NCBI GenBank assembly: GCA_000165425.1 | Contig: CT867997.1 | Span: 434,001 to 498,000, forward strand | DNA: 64,000 bases | Direction of reading: 5' to 3' | DNA from: Paramecium tetraurelia | Taxonomy: Eukaryota | Shown here: positions 1-14,409 of the stretch, in pieces | Layout: each line of letters starts with the position of its first letter | Position numbering within the stretch: the stretch's first letter is position 1 | The notes under the pieces: model-generated | The model's database searches: none | What the model was told of the DNA's origin: nothing | The model's input: only the letters and a program-made list of their open reading frames with translations | Made by a program: the position numbers and the translations under genes

Positions 1-1142
1 TTCTAATGTTAGATAAGGTTAAGATTCTGATAAGATTTATGGTATCACTGAGATAATTCTGTGCCTTTTAGCCCTACATTTTTAAATGGCACATCCAACA
101 ATTAGAGTAAGGAATGCACAAGCCAAAGAAATTAAGATAGTAATTAGAATTTAGATTGCGTCATTATAACTATTATCTGAAGGCTTTTCGGAGATCTCAA
201 ATTACAATAATGATTCCTAATTAGTAGTTATTTTGAGAAGTAGACGATTGAATCTAGATCATTAATATAAGTACCTCTATAAATTTGCATTATAAGTTAA
301 GTTTGAGATGTCAATTATCCTACTTATTTTCATCGCTTCTTTGGATAAAGTACAGGTTTCATTAATTTAAATAGGAACACCATATATAAAATTTTCGAAC
401 ATGTAAGATAATGACACTTTCACATTATCTTGATAAAAATTCCCTTAGAATCCAAAGCTGAACTAAATTTTTTCTAATTTTGTTTCTTATTAAAAATAAA
501 AGTAGGATGATCCTTGTAATGTAAAATTATCAAGGGGTTAATCCAAATTTAAAGCAATTGCATCTATGGAGCAATCTAAGTCTATTTTATTAAAATTGCA
601 TTAACATATCCCATTAATACAAGTTCCAAAAGGTGAAGAACAATTTTTAGGGCAAGGTTACTCAACTAGTTTTCTTATTTTAAGGATATATTAATAAATG
701 CGTCGATCATTTCTTATTAAATTTGTTATGTATAAAGTGTCATTTAATTTGAAATGGTGGGCAGGAATTACAATAGAATGATAATTTTTATGCAAATAGT
801 AAGCATTATAGTCAGCATAGTCAGCCATGATAGTAGAATTTTATAAGCTTGTCAATTTATTATTTCCTGCAGTTGTAATGAAATTGACATCTCCATTCTT
901 CGGATATTAAAAATTAATTCTAGGTTATTTGTATTAGCTTACTCTAAAAATATATATTTGGCAATATCTTCTTCACTTACTGTCAGATAGAAAGTTGCGT
1001 TGCTAATTTTTTATGTGATAAGATATTCTTCTCTTACTAATTCTAACAAATTTCCATCTTCACTGAAATTCACATCTACATCTATGTCAATTACTATATT
1101 CCCAGAGTAGGAACAAATAAATAAAACAAAAAATTTGAACAT
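1..1142 (-). CDS. Secreted or membrane protein with a tenascin-type EGF-like domain (3' end outside window)
   Basis: Starts MFKFFVLFICSYS (signal-peptide-like). After a 23-nt intron it reads CPKNCSSPFGTCINGICQCNFNKIDLDCS in code 6. Confidence 0.7.
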
Positions 1143-1386
1143 AAAGTTATTTGTTATTATAATTTTTATATATATGATGCAATTTCATTTTTTAATTTAT
1201 GCTAAGTCCAAACCTTCGATCCTCAATAATAGAATGGATTAAGAGTATTTTGATGAATGTTTTCACTTCTAGCGTCAATTAATAAAATAGATGTCAAAAA
1301 TCAAAATTTTATTATTATTTATAAAATACTTGAGATTTATTTTATTATTAATTTTGCGCGACGTTAATTATTTTAACGAATAAATT

Positions 1387-2627
1387 ATGGAAATTAAATA
1401 CAACAGATCACTAAGTGGAATACCAGAAAATCAATTATAGTAACCATTCAGAAAAGTAACTAAAACTTAAATTGAAAACAAAGATCCAGTCAGAAGGAAT
1501 TTGACTCAATTGTATAATGAAGGTAAAAATTAAACATTATTGCAATCAAGACACATAATAAATTAATAAATCAATGCTCAACAGTAATTATGATTTGAGG
1601 AAGAAGGCATTCAATTAAGAGAGAGTAAAACGATCTCTCAATCAGGATGTCTTGGATGATAAGGAAAACATGCCTCAACATAAAGGACTTATGACTAAGC
1701 TCTATACTCTCCCCCAAGAATTATCAACAATTACAATTAAGCATAAATTCGATCATACCATTGAGGAGAATAAGAATCTTCAAAAATAGTATACAGATGA
1801 AATATTTTTCTATTTAAAAGAACAAGAAGTATTTATGATTGCAATTTCATTAGAGAAAATCGACACCCTTAGAATGGTTAAAGAATCACTCTATTCCAAG
1901 TAATTTGAGAGCTAAAATGATTGATTGGATGGTTGAAGTTCTATGTTCATATAAATGCACAGATTAAACATTCTTTGTGGCAGTAAGAACTTTGGACTAT
2001 TACTTCTCAAAATGTGAAAAACAATTAGAAATATCAGATTTGCATCTTTGTGGAGTGACTTCAATGTTTATTGCTGCAAAATATGAAGAAATTCATCCAA
2101 TGAAATTGTCTGTTGTTCATGATAAAATTGCCCATAAAAAGTTATCAACTGATCAAATTAAGAAGAAAGAGAGTGATATGTTGTAAACTATTGGTTTTGA
2201 TCTGGGTGGTGGTACTCTCTATGATATGTATAATCTAATACTAACAAATTGTATTGTTGAAAATAGATTACAAGAGAAACATTACAAATATCTCAAAAAA
2301 CTTTGTTTATATCTCTCTAAAATGGTACTGTATGATTATGAAATTTGCGGTAAAACTAATTACACTTTGTTGGCTGCTGCCTTAATTTTTGTCGCCTTTA
2401 AAATCATAGAACAATTAGATTCTAGTTTTAATGCTGATAGTTAAGTATAATTTTGTATTAAACATTAGATTAAAGATGTGGCTTAAATCATATAAGTTGA
2501 TCAAGATTAACTGATAGAAACTGCAGCTAAGGTCTTGAATCTAGCCAAAAACTTTGAGAAGCATTTTCCAAATTTGGAAAATTTAAAAAAATTTAATGGA
2601 TTTTAGTTAGAAGATGATGAATAATGA
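1387..2627 (+). CDS. A/B-type (mitotic) cyclin
   Basis: Cyclin box LRAKMIDWMVEV...AVRTLDYY...LCGVTSMFIAAKYEEIHP; three short introns; TGA at 2625-2627. Confidence 0.92.
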
Positions 2628-2707
2628 TCTAAACTTATGTGTGTTACTTTATTTAATTATATGTGGCCAACAAACAATATTTCTAATGTACTTCTATATT
2701 TAATAAA

Positions 2708-3166
2708 TCAATCAGCTTTCTTAGTGCTTTCAGTGGTATGTTTCTCACCCTTTCCTTTTGTTGAAACTTTGGCTGATGCCTTTCTTGCTAACAATTATTT
2801 TCTGTCTTCATTGAGGTAGGGTTTTGTGATGATGCATTATGATGCTCTGATTGGGATTTAGTATGGCATTCCTACAATAACAATTATTAATTTACCATTG
2901 GCTTTTGTTCTTGTGAGTTTCTCGATTTAAATAGTCCACCTCTTTCTGTAAACCGATGAAACTTTACCCTTTGTACCCTTATGTGTGCCCCTAACAACTG
3001 TGACTTCATCATCCTTTCTAACAGGTAATGCTCTAACATTGTATTTCTTTCTTAAATCCTTTGAAAGATGAGCACTCATTAATTTATATCTCAGGTTTGA
3101 TGGTGCTCCCAATTGGGCTCTTCTGCCCTTTCTTCTTTAACTTGAAACTTCGACGTGAGTTTTCAT
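2708..3166 (-). CDS. RPL26: 60S ribosomal protein L26 (uL24)
   Basis: [60 protein letters not shown]; one intron of about 24 nt near 2872-2895. Confidence 0.97.
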
Positions 3167-3996
3167 TTTGAAAAAGATTTAATTAAAAATAAATTTTTTG
3201 TTTTTTCTAAGTACTTTCACACAATATATTAAATTTCAATAAATTCTTCTAAAACCTATATTGTTCTAAACACCATCTCCTTTAATTTTTCCATCCAAAT
3301 TTAACATAACTCATTAGCTTTTCAATATAAATAAGAAGGGATGAAATTGCAATAAACTAATTAATAAAATTCATTTAATTTATACCTAACTAGTAGTCAA
3401 AAATAATATATAAATTTTAAAATCTCTATTTTCTCTTTTACTTTCTATATTAATCACTCACTCACATCTATTCATTTATTAAAATTTTACTGTCATCAAT
3501 AATCCTATCTAGCTTCATTATGTTGTTTTCCAATGTTTTACAGATTTAACTTTCAAATTATTAATGTACATTTTCAAGTAATTGTCATAATAGCGTAGAA
3601 AAATATGAAAAATATAAAGTATTCTACTTTATATGAGGAGATATCTCAGATTCGATACAAATTAGATTTTCCTACTTCTACAAAGGATTGGTTTATGTTT
3701 AATTAATCCAATTTAATTTAATCTAGCCAATAAAAAGTAAGCTTTATTTGGCTCTTAAAATTTTGAATTACTCAATGAAGCGTCAAGAAATCAAAGTTTG
3801 GGAGAGATGAACAGTTGATGGGAAGAATGGTTATAATGATAGTCATTATTTAAGCAATTTTATTAAGCTCAATAAATAGTAATAAATTAAAAATTGGTTA
3901 GCTTAAAATAAAATGAGAGAAAAGTATTTTTAAGAAAAGAACCATGTTTAAAAAGGAAGTTAAGGTAAATTAATTAATCCTGAATGAAAATAAGAC

Positions 3997-4305
3997 TCAT
4001 GCACCAAATCCATAGAGGGTTCTTCCTTATCTCTTTAATGAGTAAACGACGTCCATAACAGTGACAGTCTTTCTTCTAGCATGCTCAGTGTATGTAATGG
4101 CATCTCTGACGACGTTCTCCAAAAAGCTCTTTAAAACATTTCTTGAGTCATCATAGAGGAATGATGAAATTCTTTTGACTCCTCCTCTTCTAGCTAATCT
4201 TCTGATAGCGGGTTTTGTGATTCCTTCAATTGAAGCCTTGTTTGGCTTTCTAGCGTGTCTTTTAGCACTAACTTTTCCAATACCTTTTCCTGATTTTCCA
4301 GCCAT
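3997..4305 (-). CDS. H4: Histone H4 (intronless, 102 aa)
   Basis: [19 protein letters not shown]...[20 protein letters not shown]...[12 protein letters not shown]. The in-frame TAA sits at the conserved Gln of KRQGRT. Confidence 0.98.
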
Positions 4306-5326
4306 TTTATATTTATTTTGAATTATAATTATTACAATTAAAAACTGGAGGTTGTATATTGGATCAAAATCCAAATGATGCCAAAATTAACCAATCAAAT
4401 TTTTCTTAAAAAATTCATTTATATAGTGTTGAATAATAATTATATGCGCCATTTTTTCTTTTATTTAATATATTCAAATAAAATCATAATAATAATTCTC
4501 CATCTCTTAATAATTTTTATAATTTTTTCACAATCTATTTTCGATATATTTCTTTGCCATTATATTTCAGAATATTATGCTTATATTAAAATAGTTTTTT
4601 AGAAATTTGAAGGTTTCTGACAGGTTTCATATCAATCTTGAGTACGATAAATTCAGAGTGTCTAATCTTATCGATGTCATAATCATTACAAACTCAACCA
4701 TGAATCTTATAATAAAAGATTTAGTAAGAAATATTTTAGAAGAGCCAATTCGTTGAATGGTCACAAAAATTTGTGTATATTTAATGATTGATTCTTTGAG
4801 ATATTCACTTCATCTCAATACTATACTTATAGGATTTATATAAGTCAACATAAATAATAACTATATACTAATTTTACAGTGAAAGAAAAAGATTACAAAT
4901 TATTTATAAAATAAAGAACTAATAGGTGAATAATGAAGATGATCATAACTAGTCATGAATAAGAGAAGTTAATCAAATCAAGTATTCTAAACTATTAATT
5001 CATTATACAAATTAAAATTAAATTAATTTTTTAAGGCTTAAATCTAAGAATTGGGAGTTCTGAAATATATTGAGATTATGATTATGAGAGAATTATAAAA
5101 TATCTAACAAATGAAGAACTAAAATCATCAATATTAATATTATTAATCAATTCATTGCTTATTGATCTTTTATTGAATTTAATTAATAATAAAATAGAAT
5201 AGTATAGAAATTACAATAATAAATCAAAGATAAACTACACATCCTTTAAAAACAAAAGATGAATAAGATTAATAAAAATAGTTAAATAATGAATTAATAA
5301 ATAATATTGATAAAATTAAATGATAC

Positions 5327-6426
5327 TCATGCCAATCCTCTTTCTTTCATAACTTCCAACATAGTTTTACCAATTTAAGCAGGTGATTTCACAACTCTGA
5401 TTCCTGCTTATTCAAGAGCTCTAATTTTTTCTGGGGCACTTCCCTTTCCCTCTAAAGAATGAATAAAATAGTAATATTACTAGATACAATAGCTCCTGCA
5501 TGTCCCATTCTTCTTTCAGGGGGTGCAGTGATACCAGCAATGAAACCAACAACTGGTTTATTTTTGGGATTATTTTACTTGATCCATTCAGCTGCCATTT
5601 CTTCATTTTCACCACCAATTTCTCCGATCATAACAATTCCTAAAATGAATATATTTCTGATTTTATACCTTCTGTTTCTGGATCAACCATGAATCTTTCT
5701 AAAACATCAATAAAATTGGTTCCATTGAATGGATCACCACCAATTCCAACAACAGTTGATTAACCTAATCCAGCTCTTGTTGTTTAATCAACAGCCTCAT
5801 AAGTGAGAGTACCAGATCTGGAGACAATACCAATTTTTCCATTTTAATGAATGTATCCAGGCATGATACCAATTTTGCATTCATTTGGTTTAATGATTCC
5901 TGGACAATTAGGCTAAATTATAAACAATATGAACATACACCAATGACACGAGTGACTGATTAAGATCTCAATGCATGCTTCACTTTAATCATATCATGTT
6001 ATGGGATTCCATCTGTAATAACAACCTTTTACATACAAATAGTAAAATTACCACCAAACCAATTTAGGCTTCGATAGCTTCAATGATAGCTGAAGCAGCT
6101 GTAGGAGGAGGAACATAAATAACTGAGGCATCACATCCTGTGTTTTGTTTGGCTTCTTGACAATTCTTGAATACAGGTAATCCTAGATGAGTGCTTCCAG
6201 CCTCTATTTTATTGTTTCAATTCTTACTCTTAGGTGACACTCCACCAACCATCTTTGTGAAATAGTTTAATGCTTATTCTGTTTAGAAGGTACCCTATTA
6301 TTATTTAATATCAAGCAATACCTAATTACCAGTGATACCTTAACAGATCACCTTCGTATGTTTGTTAACCCACACATAAGGAGCTGTGGTCGATGAAAAT
6401 GCACGAAAGATTTATTTGCCAATCAT
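5327..6426 (-). CDS. SUCLG1: Succinyl-CoA ligase alpha subunit, mitochondrial
   Basis: [68 protein letters not shown]; several short introns. Confidence 0.97.
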
Positions 6427-6606
6427 TTATTTTATTTAATCAATATATATTATTCTGTTCTTAACTAAATCATTTCTTAAAATCAATGACCCATTGCATG
6501 ATCTCTCTAATCCTGAATTCATCTATTGTACTGTTTATTGCTATCATTAATTTAATTGGAATTGATTTGATTCTACTTTAGAGCACCCAATTTATCTATT
6601 TATTTA

Positions 6607-7959
6607 ATGAAATAATATTAATCATAACCATAAAAATCACCTTCAAATAGAGAAAAGAGTAATACAGTTTTTACTTAAATGGAATCGGCTGAGCATTTTT
6701 ACTCTAATGAACATAATTAGCATGATCAATATTTCAATCAGATTATTTAAATGCTTTAAAAAAGACAAGTGTTTTAAGAATAAGAATATAAAATCAAGGT
6801 TACTTCTTTAGAAAAAAGAATTAAATACCTCATTTAGATTAGTTCCTAATTGACACAATAAAACACTCAGCTAAAATTATAATATTCTGATTTAGCCAAA
6901 GAATACGAGATTTTGAAAGGCAGAATAATTAACTATGAATCTACTGTGCAAAACAAGAATTAGGACTATTCATTAAGTCTAGACGATTTAAATAAGTTGA
7001 AAATTGAAAGGGAAAAACTGATAGGCTTAGCCAATAAATATCATGAAAGATCAAAAATAAGAAAAAAATAAATTATAGACTAAGAGAACACGATCACTAT
7101 CTTATAAAAGTAAGTTAATGATTTGCATAAGGATAATATATTTTTAGGGTCTGAAAAATAAAATTTATTATTGCAATTTCAATAAAACCAATAATTTGTA
7201 AATTAATAATAAAATATTTTGGAAGAGGACATTATAAATAAAACATAACAAATAGATCTATCAAATAAAAACGAAATACAAACAATTATCACAAGATTCT
7301 TGAATGATTATTGTGCTCATCTAACCTACATAAATAATGAGACTAATCAATTAGTTCATTTAATAAAAGAGTATCACGACATTAATCTAGATGTCAATAA
7401 TTAATAGAAATACAATAGACTCATTAAACAATTTGATTCATTAATAACTAAATATAATCAGATGTTAGAATAACAAATAAAATTTCAATATTAATTTAAC
7501 ATTTCAACATAAGACAATTTATTATTAAGTAATAATTCTTAAAACCAGTACTACCATAATAATAATGTAAATAATACTATATAATGCAGTAAGAAGAATA
7601 GCTAAAATAATTTTTATCAAAACAATCTTAAATAGGATATACTTAGAACAAGTAAGTTTATTAAAATCTAATCGATAAATATCTTTCTAAACTAAATTGT
7701 TGAATCCTTTATTATTTATATTTTTAGAATCAGAAACTTAAATCATTAAATTCTATAATCAGATCCATCTCATAATGAATAGAAAACTACATTAAAGAAA
7801 ATTGTAATTTTAATAATTGCAATTATAAGAATGCAGAAGAAAAAGAAATATCATGATTATAAACAGTTGGTTGTAGAATTGCCTATAGAAGAGACTATGT
7901 ATTAATTACTAGAAATAATAAGTACATAGTAATAATTAATAGAGAAATATTAGGAGTGA
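6607..7959 (+). CDS. Hypothetical coiled-coil protein
   Basis: Long Q/E/K/N-rich code-6 reading frame from ATG 6607; ends approximate. Confidence 0.55.
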
Positions 7960-8038
7960 TTTATATTTCAGCGTAATTATTCACTAATTTTTAAGAGTAA
8001 CATATCAATATTTTTATGCAATCTCTAAACTATGAGAT

Positions 8039-8854
8039 TCATTTGGTTGTTTAATTATATAGTATATTTTTCTTAAGGTGATTACACTTGTACCAAATCA
8101 GCAAGGATCTTAAATTTATGCTCTATTTTTTTAATTTCACTCAAATATTTTCTTTTAGTTCCAGCCAATTAATAATTGAGAGATCTAGCCTTTTCTGAAT
8201 CACAAGCAATTAATTCCTCAAGAAATCTTTTGGTGTTTTGATTTTCATATAAATCAAGTTCTTCAATAAAGGTTTCTAATTCTAATAAATTTATAAGCAA
8301 TAGTTTATTATTTTCTAGATTAATATTTTGGGTCTTAATTTTATTAGTAATCTTTTACTTCACTTAACTATTAATTACATAATCTAAGTCACATCTTAAT
8401 CCATTCATTTCCTAATTTAAATAAAAAGTCTACTTTATAAATATTTTTGTATTCTTATTGCACTTCTTGTTTAACAGAATTCAGATTTTTTTTAAATGAG
8501 TTTTCAATTTAGAGTATTTCAGGTCGTCTAGGTTATGTTTTGGAATTCAAAATCTAATTGTCCATTTCAATCATTCTCGATTCAAGCAATTTAATTTGAT
8601 GTGATAATTGAGAATTATTTTTATTATATGATTTGACTTTTCCACAATTTTCAGAATCATCTATTCTTTGTTCTAATGAGTTGATTAATTCTTGAACACC
8701 TTCGAATAATTTAATCTATGTAATTAATCCATCCTATTCAGTGATGATTTTGTTGATATTATCTATGTTAAAATCAGTTGTTACTTTCTAAAGTTGTTAT
8801 TTTTGAATTGGAATCTGTTTCTTAATTCAGTTTTACAGTGCTTAGAAATTGCAT
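8039..8854 (-). CDS. Hypothetical coiled-coil protein
   Basis: MQFLSTVKLNQETDSNSKITTLE, 22-nt intron, then NNINKIITEQDGLITQIKLFEGVQELINSLEQRIDD. Confidence 0.6.
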
Positions 8855-9063
8855 AAAAGAAGAATAAAATTTAACGAATAATAATAATCAATTTAGTATA
8901 ATAATGGAGAAATTAAATTTTTATAAACTTATAAACATATAGTTAATTTCATGTCTGAAGTTACTGGAGATAAAGAAGTCTGAATTTTGATTGGACATTA
9001 TTTAAGAATGCTAAAGAAAATAATAAAGATTATTTATTTATTTTTTTAATGTGTATGGGTGAA

Positions 9064-10136
9064 TCAATTTACAACATTGCTTAGAGTTTAGATTAATTGA
9101 TTCTCGTTTACTTTTAAGATGAAGGTCACTTAATCTAATGGGTTAATGATTATATTTAATACTTGCTTTTGGATCTTTTTCTAACCATTTTACTGAAACC
9201 ATTCCTCTTCCTTCTCCTTCCAAAATAACATTACAAGGTCTTTCAACGTATTCAGTGATAATGTCTGGCATGGTGGCTACTAGTATGCATAATGGATCTT
9301 GAATATCATATCTGTTATTGGCATTTTTCATTCCTTCGTAAATCTCTTTAATGAATTTGCCTTTGATTGTTGTATCTTATTCAAAAACTTTTGTAATCTA
9401 AGGTTAATTGTTAAGTTTACCGTGAATTCAGATACTGAGATGACTCCTTCATAAGGTATGACGATGAGCTTCTTAGCTAGGACCTTAAAGACAAGGTGAG
9501 CAGCCTCTGGATCTGTGTGAACATTATATTCAGCCACGCCATCATTCATGAATCCTAATCCTAAAATGTTACCACACAGACTAATTATTTGTCCTACGTT
9601 TTCTTCGAAGTCTGCAGTCTTCATCATAGCACATGCTACATTTGTCAATGCGCCCAGACATATGACTACTAATTCTTCCTTGTATTTAACAGCACTTTCT
9701 ATCAAGAAATCAACTGCATGTTCAGGCTGGATTGGATATTAGGATATATTTAACTCTTTGAGATATCTTTCTTGATGGCCACTTAATCCATCATCACCAA
9801 AAAATTTAGAACTTAATGTGATTTATTATTTCAAGTTTCTATCACATCCCTTATAAATGGGGATAGTCACTCCAGCTATTTTTTAAACTATGGAAATGTT
9901 TTTGATTCCATCATCAATATAGGAGTTTCCACTATTTTGATTAGAAATTAATGATACTTGATGCAAGTGATTCCAATGATTTCTATATTCTTTTTGGTTG
10001 CCAAATCGAAGGCTGTCAACAAAGCATGAATGTCATCGCCACCAGAATCTGTGTCTATGATCATCTTCGATCTTTGTTTTAAGAGTTTTTCAGGAATCCC
10101 AAATTGATGTTTGATGAATGAAGGAAGCGAAATCAT
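9064..10136 (-). CDS. Inosine/uridine-preferring nucleoside hydrolase
   Basis: IIDTDSGGDDIHAL, CLGALTNVA, AEYNVHTDPEAA and IQDPLCI motifs; three short introns. Confidence 0.93.
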
Positions 10137-11146
10137 TTATAAATATTATTTTTAATACTAATTTAATTTGCCTTTGGAGTGAAGATTTTTGTTATCAAAT
10201 TTTAATTCTTCCGTTTGGCTCTATCGACACATGATTTTGGTCTTAGTAAACTTTTTTTGAGAACAACCACCTCATTTATTCGATCTTTCTCCTAGATAAT
10301 TGGTTTGATGAAATCCATAACAAAATCAATTTTATCTTCTATTACCAACTTAGGTTGATGGAAGGATTGTTTTAAAGAAGTGCTTTTCATCTTCATTTAA
10401 TTTTCATTATTGTGAAATAGAATTCTCTTTACTTTCTTGCCTCTATATTAGGTGGTAGTATTGTTGAAATTTTAACATGAACGTGTATGTTGTAAATCAA
10501 GATCTTATCCAGATAATATCCAAGTCTACTGTCTCAAATAATCCCAAACCAAGATGTGAATATTTTCAAAATAGCAACCAGCACACAACTTCTTTGTTTC
10601 ACATCTCCAGATATTTAGCAAGAAATTTTTAAAATTTAATTATACCTCCATATTTGATTACATTCCTTATATCAAACAAATGTATATACATTATTAACTC
10701 TACTTTGAAGTTATGTAGAGTAATTTAGTTTATCTAAAGAACTAAGTTTATTTGAAGCATATTTATCCTTTTGTTGTGATGTGCCCACTCTCTATTTCAG
10801 CGATCATGGTTTGAATGTCCATATAAGTTAAGTTTATTTCAGTTTCAGCTTGTTACAGTAATTTGATTTCTTTTGGGGATTGGGTGAAGTAGAAATCCTT
10901 CTAACCCAAAATAGACCACAAGTCTACGCTGCCGAATATGGGCAAAAACTCGTCTTCGGTAGTGCATGTGCCATGTTCGGTTTTTAGTATTGTTCCTTCT
11001 GTTTTCAGTATTGTTGCATCTGTTTTGCATCGGACTTCAGAACGAGATTTCAAATTGATTCTGCAGATATCTAATGCTGAAGTGAATTGAGTGAGAATTC
11101 GTCTACTGTGAATTGCAGATGGCAAACGAGAGTCTAACTATTTCAT
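10133..11146 (-). CDS. Hypothetical protein (337 aa, apparently intronless)
   Basis: Uninterrupted code-6 frame MKQLDSRLPSAIHSRR...KNNIYK*; its TGA overlaps the first ATG of the hydrolase. Confidence 0.65.
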
Positions 11147-11170
11147 TAAAATTAAATAAAATTAAATTTC

Positions 11171-12175
11171 ATGTTTAGAGAAACATCATTCTCTAACTAT
11201 TTTGAATAAAATAATTATTCAACAGTGTTATTATTATTACATGAAGCGAGATTTATATCATACTAAAAGCGTAATGCGCTGATGTAACTTAAAAACATTA
11301 AATAGATGCATTAAAATTTTGTAAGGCAATCAAATATTCACTTCAGAGACTAAATCTAATGAAAACTTGAATCCCAAATGGAATCAATCATTTCAATTGA
11401 GCATGAGTGGCATCGAAATTATAGTCAATGACTAAAACATGGCCATAGGTTCACTCTCCTTGGATTTGAGAGAATTGCAATCCAACAATCTGAATGAGTG
11501 GTACAGCTTCTCAGATAAGAAATAAATTACAGGCACTCTTCGTCTCACTTTCCAATTCAACCAAAATAACAAAATACAAAAATGTCAAGAATAATTATAA
11601 TACCTATTTTCTCAATTAGAAGTTAAACTCAAACAATAACGAATTGCATCACCCACCGTAGGAAGTGTGCAATTAATGCAATAGTTTCTAACCAAATAAA
11701 AGCATAATAATAGTAACATCATCAATTCAGAATATTAGATTGGTAATGAATTCGAAGTTCACACCATTAAACAACAAATGAATGAAATCAAATAACTCAT
11801 TAATAAATTCCAATAATTGTAGGCTTAAAAATCTAGAGTCTATCAACAACAAAGTATACTTTTATTTAAAACACTCTAGAAATTATTAGCAAATAAAAAG
11901 AAATCTCTGATTTACAATAACAAATTGCACAAACTAAAGAGTCAGTCTAAAGTCAGATGGCATTATTAAAAATTATAAACGAAGAGGGCAATTATGGAAT
12001 AACCAAAAAACAATTGATTTTGCAAAAATACAAAAAGAAACAATAAGTTCTCATATCATTAAAGTAAAAATTGAACGAACACAAATTTGATAAAAGATAA
12101 TCCTCTTTAGTCGTCCAGGCTTACAAATATGAAGGAAGACCAAGGCAAAATAATAGCGAATTTTAAGTTAAATGA
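11171..12175 (+). CDS. C2-domain protein with C-terminal coiled coil
   Basis: TSETKSNENLNPKWNQSFQL...IEIIVNDQNMAIGSLSLDL...EWYSF matches the C2 fold pattern; two short introns. Confidence 0.75.
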
Positions 12176-12220
12176 ATCAATTTCTTTTTTCTTTTATATT
12201 ATAAAATTATTTCTAATTTA

Positions 12221-13203
12221 ATGGAAAAATTTAGAGCTTATGCTGATTCACATACAGGAATCAATCTCTTTGTGCCAGCCTTTGTTAATTAAAAAATATC
12301 CCCCCTTATCCTTTTAATCCACATAGTAATGTTATGTCATTATACTATTTAGATTCTAGGATCCTTATTAATTTTGATTAGAATTCCTCTATTGGCCATT
12401 TTGATCCTATTATTAAAAACATTGAATGCTTTGAAAGTAGACTCTCTAAATTAATTGATTGGTAAATTGATGTTGTTTACATGTGGATTTGTTAACATCG
12501 AGAATTAGATTCCAATTCAAGATAAGGGTGGATAACTCATTTTATCAAATCATTCTAGCCCAATAGATTGGATATATTTCTTAGCTTAATCATCACCAAA
12601 CTTTGCAACATTTGTAGAAAATGGCGACGAAATCAGATATCAAATGCTATCCTTAAATTAAGTACTTAAGAATTTGTTTTCAATTACTACTGTATAAACA
12701 GGAACTGGAGTATACTTAAATTAAGTGATATATTAAGATAAACCAACTTTATTGTTCTTTGAAGTATTTTCTATTATATACACATATTTATAGGGTTGTT
12801 AGACCAATCAATTAGGAGTGTTATCACCACCAAGATAAATGATTACTGAATTACAGAAACTGGGATAACCTATTGTAATTGATATTCTTATCATAGAACA
12901 TTTATGTGTTAACTTACCCAGACAAATCTATTTTTACTCCTATTAATACTACAAGGAATGGGTTATGGCATTTTGTATTGTTGTTGACAAACATCTGGAA
13001 TGATTTGAGAGTTGTTAGCCAAGAATTCGACACCTCCAAAGACTATTAGAAACTCATAAGTAATATCTATGAATGTGAAGGATTGAAAATAGTATATAAT
13101 ATAGATATTTAATTAATAGATCCATTAAAGATACACTGTATAAACAGAATTCTTAAATTATTATTGGAGAACCTCCAGTGGAAGTTATATTAAATTAGAT
13201 TGA
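12221..13203 (+). CDS. Lysophospholipid acyltransferase (PlsC family, Loa1/Vps66-like)
   Basis: N-terminus MEKFRAYADSHTGINLFVP, a TM segment, catalytic NHSSPIDW (HX4D) and FFEG..TN motifs. Confidence 0.8.
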
Positions 13204-13239
13204 TAATGCTATTAATGTTTTACAAAAATTAAATTAAAA

Positions 13240-14297
13240 ATGAATTCTAATTTTTTGAAATAGATTGAAGAAGAAAATAGGATTTTGGAATAGGAATTGT
13301 AGAATCTCTTAAAGTAAATAATAATTCCCAACCTTTTCTAAGTTAAAAGAGACAAAGAGTAGAGAAAGAACTTGAAGATCCTGATGAGGATAATAATCCA
13401 AATTTTAGAAGTGAAAAAGGGGATCTAAGTAAAATAGATGAAGAAACAGATGAAGAATAACCCAATCGCATTGAGCCACATAGATTGATGGAGTCTCCAT
13501 AAAAGCCAGGTAAAATATTTTTGAATTTTTTATTAGAATCGGTAATAGATAACATTTAAGATTCCATAAACAATTATTTGGAGAAAAATAGTAGTAGTAT
13601 TGTCGATATTTAAAGTAATAGGCAATCATAAAAAAATGTAGACTAAAAAAATAAATAAATTAACTCTTTGGAAATGCGTCTATTGGGTACAAGAGAAGCA
13701 TTGAAATGTTTAGAAAAAGAAGTGAAAGATAAAAATGTCATTATATAAAATTTGGAGATTGATTTGGCTAAAAAGTAAAAGTAAATTGATTCTCTCCAAA
13801 AAACTACTCATAAATCAAATACTCCTCCAAATAAAGAAGTTTATAATGAGGGGTTTTAGGAAATCAAGAAATAATGTAAGGAATGGGAGAGAAGATATAT
13901 TGAATGCAATAGCTAATTAAAAGAGAATCAGAAGTATGCATCAAAATTATAAGAATTAAATCAGCAATTATTATATAAGTTAAAATAATTTGAATCTGAT
14001 AAGGAATTCTCAAAGACCGAATTGGATTAATAGAAGAATATAAACAATGAAATGAGTGAGACAAATACAAATATTTTGATTAAGTATTAAATATGATTAT
14101 ATCCTCTTTAGATATGAGTAGATTATAAAGCTTAGTAAGAACAAATCTAATCTTAAGAGGATAAGTACATATTATTGGAGGATAAGTATGATGAATTAAA
14201 GCAGAATAGTGAACAATTTCTATTAAGTTCTCGTGACTTAAAATATCAATATGAGCACATGCTTAATACTCTACAATCGATTGCAAATAGTTATTGA
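13240..14297 (+). CDS. Hypothetical coiled-coil protein
   Basis: MNSNFLKQIEEENRILEQELQ...; acidic segment followed by heptad-rich sequence; short introns. Confidence 0.6.
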
Positions 14298-14409
14298 ACT
14301 CTTTTGTTTTTTTTATTTATTTATTGACATTTATGTACATTATTAAAATATTTTTATTTTTTCAACTATCAATTGGATTATAAGAAAATACATTCAAAGA
14401 GTTAATACA

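Noticed and set aside
3340..3985. Possible plus-strand gene between RPL26 and H4
   Set aside because: All three frames hit TGA near 3760-3820 and no convincing intron repairs this; at best a relic.
4306..4374. N-terminal extension of histone H4 in the ORF track (MDFDPIY...)
   Set aside because: It comes from an upstream non-ATG start in AT-rich promoter sequence; the real start is MAGK at 4305.
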